DNA of 64,000 nt from Sulfurimonas sp. (GCF_014859695.1 NZ_JACUTS010000005.1:4274-68273); one strand, 5' to 3'; shown: positions 49,572 to 59,733, counted from the stretch's first letter. The notes: a model not told the origin generated them from the letters alone. Made by a program: numbers and translations.

Positions 49572-50051
49572 CTACTTATTTTTGAATTTTAAATTTGGAT
49601 TTTTACTAACAGTTGACAAGACAAGCTCTTTGCCGCCTTGTTTTAGAGTTACAGATGTTTTTGTTATGTCCGTAACCGTATAACTGTTAATCTTATCGTT
49701 CACTTTATACCAGTTTCCATCAATCATAGCTGAGAAGTTTATGATTGTGCTTAATACAAGGGCGCTCTTTTTAGGAGCATCGTCCGTTTTTTCTGCCTGT
49801 GCTAAAGATGCTGTTTTTGAAGAAGCTACTTTTTTAGCTGGAGCAGCTGTCGTTCTAGAACCTTTTTTTGCATCTTTTGTTTCAGGTTTGTTTTTCTCTA
49901 AAAAAACAAACGGACTCCCGAGCGTAGATATATTTACGCCTTTTCTTGGTGGCTTAATCGCCTCTATCTGCTCATCTACCCACTCTAATTCATTAGCATA
50001 CAGAGAGTTGCCTAAAAATATTGCGAGTAATATTATTAATGCTGTTTTCAT
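49572..50051 (-). CDS. PilP/MshK-like periplasmic pilot-associated protein
   Basis: Signal peptide (MKTALIILLAIFLGNSLYA), Lys/Ala-rich linker and a C-terminal ...IDGNWYKVNDKINSYTVTDITKTSVTL beta domain typical of PilP/GspC-HR/MshK. I prefer the Met at 50051 (TAATG overlap with the upstream stop) over track start 50069. Confidence 0.55.
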   Translation of the reverse strand: MKTALIILLAIFLGNSLYANELEWVDEQIEAIKPPRKGVNISTLGSPFVFLEKNKPETKDAKKGSRTTAAPAKKVASSKTASLAQAEKTDDAPKKSALVLSTIINFSAMIDGNWYKVNDKINSYTVTDITKTSVTLKQGGKELVLSTVSKNPNLKFKNK

Positions 50052-50689
50052 TAGTAAGTAATCCCCCAAACTGAGATATCAAGACTTGTGTTCAACGCAT
50101 CTTGAGCTTTTATGCTAAAGTCATGCACATCTACAACAAGTTCGCTTTGCTCTAGAGAGTTCATAAACTTCACTGTATCTAAATAATTACCTTTAACATC
50201 AAGCGCAATATCTAGAACATGACCAAAAGCAGATTCGCTATTTTCTGAGTAGCTGTTTGCAAAGTTAATTATCTTAATGTTGTGTTTCTTTGCATTTATG
50301 GAAATAGAGTTAAGATACTCACCCCAAGCTCTTTCGTCATAAATAAGAGAAGAGATAGCCTCTATTTTCTCTTTTATGTAGCTGTTTCTCTCTTTTTGAG
50401 CTTCAAGCTCAACTTCAAGACCTTTGATTTCTTGAACTAACATAGCAACTTTTGCCTCAGTGTTGACTTTTAAATAGAGCTTGTCTGAGTCAATTTTTGC
50501 AGTTATTTCTTGAACTTTTTTCTTTTGGCTTTCGAACTCACTCATAGACAAATCATAGAATGGATATGCCACAGCGAAAAAAACGACAACAATCATAGCA
50601 TATACTATATAGGTGTCTTTTTGAGATTTTTCCTTAAAAAAACTATCAATTTTTTGTAAGGTCTCTTCTATCATTAATTTAAAATTCAT
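50051..50689 (-). CDS. PilO/MshJ-like bitopic assembly protein
   Basis: Short cytoplasmic N-terminus, one TM helix (YIVYAMIVVVFFAVAYPFY), a coiled coil and a ferredoxin-like C-domain. Position in the cluster also fits. Confidence 0.55.
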   Translation of the reverse strand: MNFKLMIEETLQKIDSFFKEKSQKDTYIVYAMIVVVFFAVAYPFYDLSMSEFESQKKKVQEITAKIDSDKLYLKVNTEAKVAMLVQEIKGLEVELEAQKERNSYIKEKIEAISSLIYDERAWGEYLNSISINAKKHNIKIINFANSYSENSESAFGHVLDIALDVKGNYLDTVKFMNSLEQSELVVDVHDFSIKAQDALNTSLDISVWGITY

Positions 50690-52245
50690 AATAAATTCAC
50701 CTTTAATTCACCAAAATATAATTTTGTTTCCTTCTCATAAGATATTTTATCTATTTCAAAGTGAAACTTTCCTTCGTAAACCATTGTCAAATACTTAATC
50801 AAATCGGTAATCTTTTTATCATTGCTGGAGACAAGTCCAAGTTTAAGCTCTTTGATTTGGCTGCTGCTTTTTTTACTCTCCTGTGCCTCTGAGTAAAGAG
50901 CAGACTCAAGTCTTACGTCGTATCTGTTTAAATCTTTGGTTAACCTATGCAGCAACTCCGCTTTCATAGGGTAATTTACTTTAACGTCATGAATTTTAAC
51001 AAGCGTGTTTTTCTTATCAATATACTCTTGCTGTTGCTCGGCAAGAAGTATTGATACTTTTGCTTTGTCGGCTTCTCTGTTTTTAATTGTCGCTTCTCTT
51101 GTTATTTTAATGTTGTGAACACTTCTGTATTCATCCTCTAAAAGTTTGTACTGCAGTGATTGTGCGTATGTAAGCGTCCAATATGAGGCAGGGTACAAGA
51201 AAGCAAGGACAAGCGAAGCAGCCGCAAGCATAATGGCGCGACCGCTATCTCTCTTTGTAAATTTTGGAGGGCGGTAATACGTTGTGAAGTTACACTCATA
51301 TCTATCTTTTTGAGGTAGCGTGGTGTAGAGATACATAAGTGAGTGCAGATTATCAATATGCGCCTTACCTGTCTCAAGTCCATAGTCAAAGTTAAAGCTG
51401 CTACTTTTAATGCTAAGTTCAACCTCTGCCATTTCGTCAAGTTTAGTTATAGATTTAAGCTGCGTATCTATATATACACACTCAATTTTATCTATATCTA
51501 ATGCCCTTTTTACATAGGTTAAAATATCGTTTATATTTGAAAAGATTTCTTTGTAAAGCTTGATAATATGCGCTTTGTAAGTACTGTCTGTTGTTTTAAG
51601 ATCTTCATTTGAAAGGAAGTTTATAAAGTCTTCATACTCGATTAACTCTCCGTAAATTTCGCAGAATCTCTCATGCATCTGCAAAAATGAGTAGTTTATA
51701 GATTTTGTATATATAAAGTTTTTCTCATTATATATGGTAATAAAGGTGTCATTTTCTTGAAAGTATACAAAACAGTGAACCCCGCCACTCTCTATGAGAT
51801 CTTTTGAGTAGAGTGACTTTAATAGAAGAGGGGAAGGTATAATATAGTCTATATATTTTACTCTCTCTACTACACTTTTAAATACTTCATCAACAACCAT
51901 CGGGTCAATTATAAACACATGGAAATTTCTATTGTCTTCATCTAAGGCATTAAAAGTCTCAATATATTGTATCTGATACATAACGGCTTGATCAAGCCCA
52001 AGTTCATCGTATGCTTTATTGTAGATAGCGTCATATAAATCTTCTTCCGGAATATTTTTACTAACTGCAATATGGCTATTTATAAAACTTTTTGTGTTTA
52101 GATAGGAGATGACATACTGCTCCTTGGAGTATACGGCAGTAGCAGTTTCATTTAAGAAGTTTGAAACGGCACTTACATACGTACCCTTGTAAGGATTGAT
52201 AGAAAGCACGCTGGAGAAAGAGTGTTGTTCTTTTTTACTCATTTT
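50686..52245 (-). CDS. PilM-PilN fusion-like assembly protein (MshI-like)
   Basis: ~330-aa actin-like cytoplasmic part, a TM helix (AIMLAAASLVLAFLYPASYW) and a coiled-coil periplasmic tail. I prefer start MKMSKKEQ (52245 or 52239), which overlaps the stop of the upstream peptidase gene. The track start 52308 would overlap it by 74 nt. Confidence 0.55.
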   Translation of the reverse strand, partial: KMSKKEQHSFSSVLSINPYKGTYVSAVSNFLNETATAVYSKEQYVISYLNTKSFINSHIAVSKNIPEEDLYDAIYNKAYDELGLDQAVMYQIQYIETFNALDEDNRNFHVFIIDPMVVDEVFKSVVERVKYIDYIIPSPLLLKSLYSKDLIESGGVHCFVYFQENDTFITIYNEKNFIYTKSINYSFLQMHERFCEIYGELIEYEDFINFLSNEDLKTTDSTYKAHIIKLYKEIFSNINDILTYVKRALDIDKIECVYIDTQLKSITKLDEMAEVELSIKSSSFNFDYGLETGKAHIDNLHSLMYLYTTLPQKDRYECNFTTYYRPPKFTKRDSGRAIMLAAASLVLAFLYPASYWTLTYAQSLQYKLLEDEYRSVHNIKITREATIKNREADKAKVSILLAEQQQEYIDKKNTLVKIHDVKVNYPMKAELLHRLTKDLNRYDVRLESALYSEAQESKKSSSQIKELKLGLVSSNDKKITDLIKYLTMVYEGKFHFEIDKISYEKETKLYFGELKVNLL

Positions 52246-53551
52246 CATAATCCTGTATGAAATGAACTTTGGACATATGGCAAAATTCATTGTTTTTATA
52301 AAACTCAACCCTGTAAACCCTATTGTCTACATCTATAGAGAATCTTTTATCAAAGTCTTCAAGCTTTACGCTTATACCACTTTCATTAATCAATCCCTCA
52401 GATGTAAAACCAATTACGTTTACACGATAACCACTTTGTTCTATAACGTTAAAATAATCATTTACAATAATATCTGAAGTTTTGTTTAAAGTTACTTTAA
52501 CTCCATCAACAATAACATCAAAAGTATCTGTACATGACTTACCAATTTTGAAATACTGCGGACTTAGAGTTACAACTCTTTTGTTGCCTATATAAGCAAC
52601 AAAGTTGCGCCCCTCTCTTGCGATACTTCCTAGTGGGTTAGAGAACCTAAATACATTACTCTCTGATTTTATCGGAATAAAGCTTAAATATTTTTTTATA
52701 TTAGTTAAATTAATAGAAATATTGTCATTAATATTTAAATTACCGTACTCTTCAAGAAGTTTAGTGATGCTTCTTTCATCCAAGTAAAACTCTCTTGTAA
52801 AGTCAATCTCCATAATATTCATAAACTCTTCGATTGCAAGAAGATGGTAAAAGACTTTTTGTGATAGAGAGGGTAGGTTTTTACTGCTCTCAATTGCAAA
52901 AGCTGGTTTATTGTGTGTAACTGCATAGTAGGTAAGAGATAGCTGCATAGCTTCATCATCAAACTTAGTATTTGTATTTTTTACGTCAAAAGTATGATGC
53001 TCTTCTATAAGTCTTCTGTTTATTCTCTCTTTTACATCTAAAGCTATGGTATTTAAGTTGCCAAAAGGCTGTGTTTGATTTAGATCGCATTGATCAATTA
53101 CACATGTTTGACCCCAAGCGTTGGGGTTAAAGATGTTTCCTTTGTCTGTTTTTCTGTAAAAGCCGTTGCCGTCATGCAGATTAAGAACCAGAGAGACATT
53201 TTTTTGTGTGATAATCTCTTTAATCTCTTCTACAATTTTTTTATCTTTGTCGCTCTCTTTTATTATCGCGAATTTTCTGTTCATATCCCCATTGATGCCT
53301 CTAGAGTTCTTTTGAATGCTTTTTTGATTTAAATCGGGAACAATCCATAAATTTTTTGAGTTTATTTTGTAGTGAGTTGCTAGAATTGATGCAGAGAAGT
53401 ATGCACCTGGTTCATCACCGTGTATCCCCCCAATGACAAGAAGTGTAGTGTTTGAATCGGCATTTTCTTTTTTAATAAGCTGAACATCCGCATCTATAAT
53501 ATTAGTATATAGGCAGAGGACAAAGAGGAGTTTTGCTAAAAGATGTTTCAT
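52235..53551 (-). CDS. pgp1: M14-family peptidoglycan carboxypeptidase (Csd4/Pgp1-like cell-shape determinant)
   Basis: Signal peptide and zinc motif GGIHGDEPGAYF (HxxE) of M14 carboxypeptidases, followed by two extra C-terminal beta domains. The architecture resembles H. pylori Csd4 / C. jejuni Pgp1. Confidence 0.7.
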   Translation of the reverse strand: MKHLLAKLLFVLCLYTNIIDADVQLIKKENADSNTTLLVIGGIHGDEPGAYFSASILATHYKINSKNLWIVPDLNQKSIQKNSRGINGDMNRKFAIIKESDKDKKIVEEIKEIITQKNVSLVLNLHDGNGFYRKTDKGNIFNPNAWGQTCVIDQCDLNQTQPFGNLNTIALDVKERINRRLIEEHHTFDVKNTNTKFDDEAMQLSLTYYAVTHNKPAFAIESSKNLPSLSQKVFYHLLAIEEFMNIMEIDFTREFYLDERSITKLLEEYGNLNINDNISINLTNIKKYLSFIPIKSESNVFRFSNPLGSIAREGRNFVAYIGNKRVVTLSPQYFKIGKSCTDTFDVIVDGVKVTLNKTSDIIVNDYFNVIEQSGYRVNVIGFTSEGLINESGISVKLEDFDKRFSIDVDNRVYRVEFYKNNEFCHMSKVHFIQDYENE

Positions 53552-53563
53552 CTGTTACTTCTT

Positions 53564-54529
53564 CTATTTTTCAGTTAAGATGTTGATTTTATTATCTTTA
53601 GCAACTTCTATAATAAGTGTTTTATCTCCGCTAAATTTGAATGTATCAGATTTATAAAACTCTTTAAAGTTTACTTGATAGATATTTGACGTATTCGGAT
53701 ATGGTACTACATTTATATCATTGAATATAATTGTCTTTCTCTCGACTTTTTTAAAAACTCTGGTTTTGTATTTTTTAAACTCTTCTAAACTCATTCCATC
53801 ACTTCTAACAAACTCTGGAGAGTAAAAACTTAAATATCCGACAATGTCATCATATTTCCAGCTGTATCTCCATGAGTAGAGTTGGGATAAGATAGATGAG
53901 AGCAAATCTTTAGAGATATTTTGTTTTATATTTTCTTCGTCAATAATTAAAATAGTTTTTTCTATATCAATATTTCTGTCTAGACACTCTATACTAGAGT
54001 TATTTATGGCGATACAACCTCTTGTAAACTCATCTCTATCCTGTGATGGAAGACCATGTATCCATATTCCAGAACCATTTTTACCTCTGTAAGAGTCGTA
54101 AATGTTAGGGTATGATGTCACAAATGCCAACGGTCCGTAAAAGGGGTCTAATTCGGTCTCCCTTGAGAGCTTTTTAGTTATCTGGTATATTCCTATAGGA
54201 GTTTTCAGATCTCCCTCTTTTACTTTGTCCCCTTTTAGTTTGCCGGTAAAAGCATCATATGTTTTTCTAAAGCTAAAACTTTGGTTTTCATCAAGCGAAT
54301 AGAGGTGCAGAGTAGATGTGGATTTATCGCATGCAAGAACATTGGAGTATGCTTCAATATAGCCAAAAGTTGTATCTTTATCGCTAAGCACTCTATCCCA
54401 ATACTCTCTTTTTGTTAACTCAATGTCCATCTCTCTTTCGATTTGATCAATACCGTTTACTCTATAACTTGTTAATATATCACTTGCAAAAATGTTTAAA
54501 CTTATAAATATAAGCAGCAGTAACTTCAT
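53564..54529 (-). CDS. pgp2: YkuD-fold L,D-carboxypeptidase/transpeptidase (Csd6/Pgp2-like)
   Basis: Signal peptide, YkuD catalytic motif GIWIHGLPS...TRGCIAINN, and an extra C-terminal NTF2-like region. Confidence 0.7.
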   Translation of the reverse strand: MKLLLLIFISLNIFASDILTSYRVNGIDQIEREMDIELTKREYWDRVLSDKDTTFGYIEAYSNVLACDKSTSTLHLYSLDENQSFSFRKTYDAFTGKLKGDKVKEGDLKTPIGIYQITKKLSRETELDPFYGPLAFVTSYPNIYDSYRGKNGSGIWIHGLPSQDRDEFTRGCIAINNSSIECLDRNIDIEKTILIIDEENIKQNISKDLLSSILSQLYSWRYSWKYDDIVGYLSFYSPEFVRSDGMSLEEFKKYKTRVFKKVERKTIIFNDINVVPYPNTSNIYQVNFKEFYKSDTFKFSGDKTLIIEVAKDNKINILTEK

Positions 54530-55428
54530 GAGCTATAACCTACCTCTTTTAGATATGATTTATCTTTACTCCACCCTTTTTTGACTACAACCTGCAGCTC
54601 AAGATAGGCTTTTTTTCCACTGAGTGATTCTATCTTCTCTCTTGAGTATTTTCCGATTCTCTTAATTGATTCTCCGCCTTTGCCTATAATAATCCCTTTT
54701 TGGGACTCTTTTTCAACAATGATGGTTGCTATGATTTTATCTATGTTTTTTTCTTCAAAAATCTTCTCTATTATAACGTCAGATTCATATGGAATCTCAT
54801 CACTTACATTTTGAAACACGCCCTCTCTTATAAATCCAGCATAAATATCACGAACAAGTTCACTTGTTAAATCTTCTGGGTTAAAAAGAAACGGTGACTC
54901 AGGCAAAAATTTTGATATAGTCTTAAGCAGATCATCATGACCTACTTTTTTGGGTATTGCCATGGGGATAAGCGCTTCAAAATGGTCTGAAAATTGGCTG
55001 TACTGGCTTATTTTTTTAAAGAGTTTGTCTTGCGATACTTGGTCTATTTTGCTTAGAACTATAATGTGCTTTATCTTAGAGTTGTTTAGTTTTAAAAATT
55101 TTTCATAATTCTCTACGTTGTCGGTAACGGGAGCGAGATAGACTATAAGGTCGCAGTCTCCCATGGCTTTTAGAGCCTCATCAAGCATAAACTGGTTTAG
55201 TACTTTTTCTCTCTCATGCAGTCCTGGAGTATCAACAAAGATAATTTGTGTATCTTCATACATAACAATCGCATTTGATCTTTTTCTAGTCGCATTTGCT
55301 TTTTGACTAACCATGGCAATATTTTCGCCTAGTAGCGAATTCATGAGTGTGCTTTTTCCTGCGTTTGGACGACCGATTAATGATACAAAACCCGCACGGG
55401 TTTCTTTAGTAAAACCTGCTTTAGTCAT
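54526..55428 (-). CDS. era: GTPase Era
   Basis: G1 GRPNAGKST, G3 DTPG, G4 SKID and a C-terminal KH domain (VEKESQKGIIIGKGG). Confidence 0.95.
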   Translation of the reverse strand: MTKAGFTKETRAGFVSLIGRPNAGKSTLMNSLLGENIAMVSQKANATRKRSNAIVMYEDTQIIFVDTPGLHEREKVLNQFMLDEALKAMGDCDLIVYLAPVTDNVENYEKFLKLNNSKIKHIIVLSKIDQVSQDKLFKKISQYSQFSDHFEALIPMAIPKKVGHDDLLKTISKFLPESPFLFNPEDLTSELVRDIYAGFIREGVFQNVSDEIPYESDVIIEKIFEEKNIDKIIATIIVEKESQKGIIIGKGGESIKRIGKYSREKIESLSGKKAYLELQVVVKKGWSKDKSYLKEVGYSS

Positions 55429-55436
55429 ATTTTTTC

Positions 55437-56759
55437 CTATAAGATATATCTAGAGAGGTCATTATCTTCAACGACCGTGTCTAATTTTTCATGTACCAAT
55501 TTTTCAGTAACAATAAACTCTTTGTACTCATCCGCATTAAAACTTATATCTTCCAAGACTCTCTCTAAAACCGTATGAAGTCTTCTAGCGCCTATGTCTT
55601 CAGTTATCTCATTTGTGCGATGTGCCAGTTTTGCTATTGCTCTAACTGCCGCATCTTCAAAGATAAGCTTCATTCCCTCCGTGCTTAGCAGTGCTTCGTA
55701 TTGGTAGAGCAGCGAATTTTTGGTTTGGGTAAGAATTTTATAGAGCGTCTCCTCTGTTAAAGATTCAAGTTCAACTCTTAGTGGAAATCTTCCTTGGAGT
55801 TCTGGGATAAGGTCGCTTGGTTTACAGAGATGAAACGCGCCCGCTGCGATAAAAAGAATATGGTCCGTATTTATTACGCCATATTTTGTGCTTACGCTGC
55901 TCCCTTCTACGATTGGAAGCAGGTCTCGCTGGACTCCCTCTTTGCTAGGGTCGTTTCTTCCCTGAGACTTTTCGCTAATTGCAATTTTGTCAATCTCATC
56001 AAGAAAGATAATCCCGCCGTCCTCGGCACGTTTTAGTGCTTCGGCATTGATGCTTGTGGCGTCAAGAAGTTTTGCACTTGCTTCGCTTTTTAAGATAGAC
56101 TTTGCATCTCGCACGCTAACTTCTTTTTTATTATCTTCTCTGTTCATTTGGGAGAAAACTTTTGAGAAGGACTCTTGAACTTTTGCCATCTCTGGAGGAA
56201 GATTTGTGTCGTTAAACTCTATATGCATCTTTTCAATCTCAAGCTCTATGATTTTGTCGTCCATCTCGCCTGAGAGAACTCTTTTTTCCATAACCTCTAA
56301 AAGTCTTTGATAGTCGTCTTTTTTAGATTCACTCGCACCAGATGGAAGAGGGGGGAGAAGTTTTTCGACTATTTTATTTAAAACATAGTTCTCTATTTTT
56401 TCCCTATTTTCTTCCTCTTTTTCGGCTTTTACAATGGAGATAGATGCCACAACCAAATCTCGTATCATAGACTCGACATCGCGTCCCACAAAACCGACCT
56501 CTGTGTATTTGCTAGCTTCTACTTTGATAAAAGGAACTTTCATCATGCCCGCCAAACGTCTTGAAATCTCTGTTTTACCGACACCCGTAGAGCCTATCAT
56601 AAGGATATTTTTCGGCGTTATATCTTTTTGGAGTTCTGGGGAGAGCTGCATTCTTCTGTATCTGGTTCTAAGAGCCAGAGCGATAGTTTTTTTAGCATTG
56701 TGCTGAGAAATAACATATTTATCTAGATACTCGACTATCTCTTTTGGCGTCAAATTCAC
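55437..56759 (-). CDS. hslU: ATP-dependent protease ATPase subunit HslU
   Basis: [18 protein letters not shown]-terminus, P-loop GSTGVGKTE and [10 protein letters not shown] prefer the GTG start that overlaps the hslV TGA (GTGA). The track start 56813 lies inside hslV. Confidence 0.95.
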   Translation of the reverse strand: MNLTPKEIVEYLDKYVISQHNAKKTIALALRTRYRRMQLSPELQKDITPKNILMIGSTGVGKTEISRRLAGMMKVPFIKVEASKYTEVGFVGRDVESMIRDLVVASISIVKAEKEEENREKIENYVLNKIVEKLLPPLPSGASESKKDDYQRLLEVMEKRVLSGEMDDKIIELEIEKMHIEFNDTNLPPEMAKVQESFSKVFSQMNREDNKKEVSVRDAKSILKSEASAKLLDATSINAEALKRAEDGGIIFLDEIDKIAISEKSQGRNDPSKEGVQRDLLPIVEGSSVSTKYGVINTDHILFIAAGAFHLCKPSDLIPELQGRFPLRVELESLTEETLYKILTQTKNSLLYQYEALLSTEGMKLIFEDAAVRAIAKLAHRTNEITEDIGARRLHTVLERVLEDISFNADEYKEFIVTEKLVHEKLDTVVEDNDLSRYIL

Positions 56760-57301
56760 TTTGCTTCTCCCTCTAAGATAAGAGTTTTTATATTGTGATT
56801 TGTGTAGATACATAAATCAGCCGCAATACTAAGGCTCTCTCTTACCAAATCTTCTTCATCCATCTCTGTATGTTTCTTAAGAGCGCGCGCAGCAGATATG
56901 GCAAAGTTTCCGCCGCTCCCAATCGATGCTATTTCGCCATCTTCAGGTTCAACAACATCTCCGTTTCCTGTAAGTATAAAGATATGCTCATTGTTTAAAA
57001 CTATCATCATAGCTTCAAGACGGCGAAGCACTTTATCTTTTCTCCAAGCCTTGGAAAACTCTACGACAGATTTTAGGATATCGCCTTTTTTTGCCTCTAA
57101 AAAATCTTCAAACATGTCAAAGAGATTAAAAGCATCAGCCGTGCTTCCGGCAAAACCTGCTAAGATTTTTCCATTATGAAGTGTGCGGATTTTTGTTGCA
57201 TTTCCCTTTAGAACGCTGTTTCCAAAGGTGACCTGACCGTCACCGCCGATTACCGCTTTATTCTTGCCTTTATAGGCAAGTATGGTAGTAGCGTCAAACA
57301 T
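56756..57301 (-). CDS. hslV: ATP-dependent protease subunit HslV
   Basis: N-terminal catalytic Thr ([12 protein letters not shown]), GGDGQVT and GSGG motifs. Confidence 0.95.
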   Translation of the reverse strand: MFDATTILAYKGKNKAVIGGDGQVTFGNSVLKGNATKIRTLHNGKILAGFAGSTADAFNLFDMFEDFLEAKKGDILKSVVEFSKAWRKDKVLRRLEAMMIVLNNEHIFILTGNGDVVEPEDGEIASIGSGGNFAISAARALKKHTEMDEEDLVRESLSIAADLCIYTNHNIKTLILEGEAK

Positions 57302-57747
57302 TACTCTCCCTGAACATCGACATGCAGCGTTGCATGGATTGAGTGACCAAGTTTAAGGTCTAAGTCATGTTCGCCGACTGTTTTAATGGCAACTTTATCG
57401 ATAATATGTTTTTTGTCTATCTCGATATTGTGCTGATTTTGAAGCGCGTGCGCTACTTCATCTTTGGTAATTGAGCCAAAAAGATGACCGTTTTGTCCAA
57501 GTTTTTTGGTTATTATAATCTCTAGTTTGTCAAGTTTTTTCGCAAGATCTTTTAAATCAGCAATCTCTTTTGCAAGCTCTTCTGCCGCCAATCTCTCATC
57601 TTCTTTATGCTTAGCCAAAATTTCGGCAGTTGCATGTTTTGCAAAACCTTTTGCTATTAAAAAATTTTGACCGTAGCCATCTTTGACCTCTTTAACTTCG
57701 CCTGCTTTGCCCAAAGTTTTGACATCTTTTATGAGTAGAACTTTCAT
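57301..57747 (-). CDS. rplI: 50S ribosomal protein L9
   Basis: [31 protein letters not shown] is the canonical N-terminus. 148 aa. Confidence 0.95.
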   Translation of the reverse strand: MKVLLIKDVKTLGKAGEVKEVKDGYGQNFLIAKGFAKHATAEILAKHKEDERLAAEELAKEIADLKDLAKKLDKLEIIITKKLGQNGHLFGSITKDEVAHALQNQHNIEIDKKHIIDKVAIKTVGEHDLDLKLGHSIHATLHVDVQGE

Positions 57748-57756
57748 TTTTTCCCC

Positions 57757-58494
57757 TTATCTCTCTATCTCGCCGCCGTAAGAGACGATCCCATAAGATA
57801 AATTTCCGATTTTTGTATATCCCATGTCGCCCAGTATTCTTGCACAATGAGCGCTTCTGCTTCCGACGTGGCAGTATAAAATAATATTTTCATCTTTGTT
57901 AAGTTTTGCATCTTCTAGAGCTGCAAAAAAACTGCTTGTAGGAACCAGTTTGTCGGCTCCTTTTATGTGTCCCATCTGCCACTCCATATGTTCGCGCACG
58001 TCCACAAGTTTAAAATCTACCATTCCAAGTTCTCTTGCTTCTATGAGAGAAGTCACTTCATCTCCATCAAGTTCGCTTTGGCTTAGCAAAGTTTGTGCCT
58101 CCTCTTTTGTTAAGCCGCGAGAGTGTGTGTGAACAGCTTCTTCCATGCCCATCTCTGTTGCTTTTTTTGCCGCATGTTCAGGGGTACAGTAGATACCGCA
58201 GTGACAAACACCATCCTCTGGAATCTCTTTCTCGATTGCAGGTTTACAAGGGCAGATTCTATCTTCTACGCTTCTTGGTTTGTCGTTAACCGTCTCAACC
58301 ATAAAGCATGGGCAAAAACGTTTGCCGTACATCATCTTGTTTCTTGCAAGACCCATCTGTACGCCTTCGTTTACTTCTGGGAGTGGATTATAGACCCAAC
58401 CAAACTGCTTATTTACTTTATCTGTAAAGAGAATCGTTTTTTCAAGTTCTGCTTGAAACTCCAGTGAATTCATATCTATTTTTACTATGCTCAT
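57757..58494 (-). CDS. ferredoxin:thioredoxin-reductase catalytic-subunit-like domain fused to a rhodanese domain
   Basis: FTR-type CPC-x16-CPC-x15-CHC cluster motif (CPCFMVETVNDKPRSVEDRICPCKPAIEKEIPEDGVCHC). C-terminal rhodanese active-site loop is CHVGSRS. Confidence 0.75.
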   Translation of the reverse strand: MSIVKIDMNSLEFQAELEKTILFTDKVNKQFGWVYNPLPEVNEGVQMGLARNKMMYGKRFCPCFMVETVNDKPRSVEDRICPCKPAIEKEIPEDGVCHCGIYCTPEHAAKKATEMGMEEAVHTHSRGLTKEEAQTLLSQSELDGDEVTSLIEARELGMVDFKLVDVREHMEWQMGHIKGADKLVPTSSFFAALEDAKLNKDENIILYCHVGSRSAHCARILGDMGYTKIGNLSYGIVSYGGEIER

Positions 58495-58506
58495 GCTTTT
58501 TCCTTA

Positions 58507-59733
58507 TTAAAGAGGGTTCTTGTTTTTTCTAGCTTTGCCTTCAATGATAAAACGGAGAGCATTTAGTTTGATGAAACCTGCCGCATCTTTTTGATCATAA
58601 ACAGCATCCTCTTCAAAAGTACAATACTCAGGATTGAAGAGCGAGCACTCAGATGAGCGTCCAACTACTGTTACATTTCCTTTGTAAAGCTTTACTTTTA
58701 CCGTTCCCTTTACATTCTCCTGCGTCTTGTCAATCGCCGCTTGAAGCATTTCACGCTCAGGAGCAAACCAAAAACCGTTATAGATAAGTTTTGCATATTT
58801 AGGCATTAACTCATCTTTTAGATGCGCCTCTTCACGGTCAAGTGTGATGGATTCGATAGCACGGTGTGCTTTTAGCATAATTGTTCCACCCGGTGTTTCA
58901 TAGCATCCGCGGCTCTTCATACCGACAAATCTGTTCTCAACTATATCTACACGACCTATGCCGTGTTTTCCAGCCAGTTTATTTAGAGTTGCTAGCATTG
59001 TTGCAGGAGACAGTTCTTGTCCGTTCAATGAAATAGGATTACCATTTTTGTATCCAATCTCTATATACTCAGGAGTCTCAGGAGCATCTTCTGGTCTTGT
59101 CGTCCATAGCCACATGCTATCTTCTGGCTCTGCATTTGGGTCTTCCAAAATACCGCCTTCATAAGAGATGTGCAACAAATTTGCATCCGTAGAGTAAGGA
59201 GATTTTTTCCCTTTTTTCTCGATTTGGATACCGTGTGTCTCCGCATAAGTCAAAAGTTTCTCTCTTGAGTTTAAGTCCCACTCTCTCCATGGAGCAATGA
59301 TCGTTAAAGTAGAGTCTTTGCTTAAATAACCCATCTCAAATCTGACTTGGTCGTTCCCTTTGCCAGTAGCTCCATGACTCACGCCATCAGCTCCCGTTAA
59401 ATGAGCTATTTCAACTTGTCTCTTTGCGATAAGCGGTCTTGCTATAGAAGTTCCTAAAAGATACTCTCCTTCATAGATTGCATTTGCTCTAAACATAGGA
59501 AATACATAATCTTTTACAAATTCCTCTTTTAGATCTTCAATAAATATATTTTCAGGTTTAATACCAAGTGAGAGTGCCTTTACACGCGCAGGTTCTACCT
59601 CTTCGCCTTGACCTATGTCGGCAGTAAAAGTTACGACTTCGCACTTGTACTCATCTTGTAACCACTTTAAAATAACACTGGTGTCAAGTCCGCCGGAATA
59701 TGCTAAAACTACTTTTTTAACTTCTCTTTTCAT
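58507..59733 (-). CDS. argG: argininosuccinate synthase
   Basis: [10 protein letters not shown]-type ATP-PPase motif, [13 protein letters not shown] and the C-terminal oligomerisation tail. Confidence 0.97.
   Translation of the reverse strand: MKREVKKVVLAYSGGLDTSVILKWLQDEYKCEVVTFTADIGQGEEVEPARVKALSLGIKPENIFIEDLKEEFVKDYVFPMFRANAIYEGEYLLGTSIARPLIAKRQVEIAHLTGADGVSHGATGKGNDQVRFEMGYLSKDSTLTIIAPWREWDLNSREKLLTYAETHGIQIEKKGKKSPYSTDANLLHISYEGGILEDPNAEPEDSMWLWTTRPEDAPETPEYIEIGYKNGNPISLNGQELSPATMLATLNKLAGKHGIGRVDIVENRFVGMKSRGCYETPGGTIMLKAHRAIESITLDREEAHLKDELMPKYAKLIYNGFWFAPEREMLQAAIDKTQENVKGTVKVKLYKGNVTVVGRSSECSLFNPEYCTFEEDAVYDQKDAAGFIKLNALRFIIEGKARKNKNPL

Noticed and set aside
52246-52308. Longer start for the PilM/N-like gene (track ATG 52308).
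   Set aside because: It would overlap the upstream peptidase gene by 74 nt. The internal ATGs at 52245 and 52239 overlap only the stop region, which is the coupling pattern seen throughout this cluster.
56760-56813. Longer hslU start (track ATG at 56813, giving a 458-aa product).
   Set aside because: It would overlap hslV by 58 nt and add a non-conserved N-terminus ([18 protein letters not shown]). The GTG at 56759 gives the canonical ...NLTPKEIV start and a GTGA stop/start overlap with hslV.
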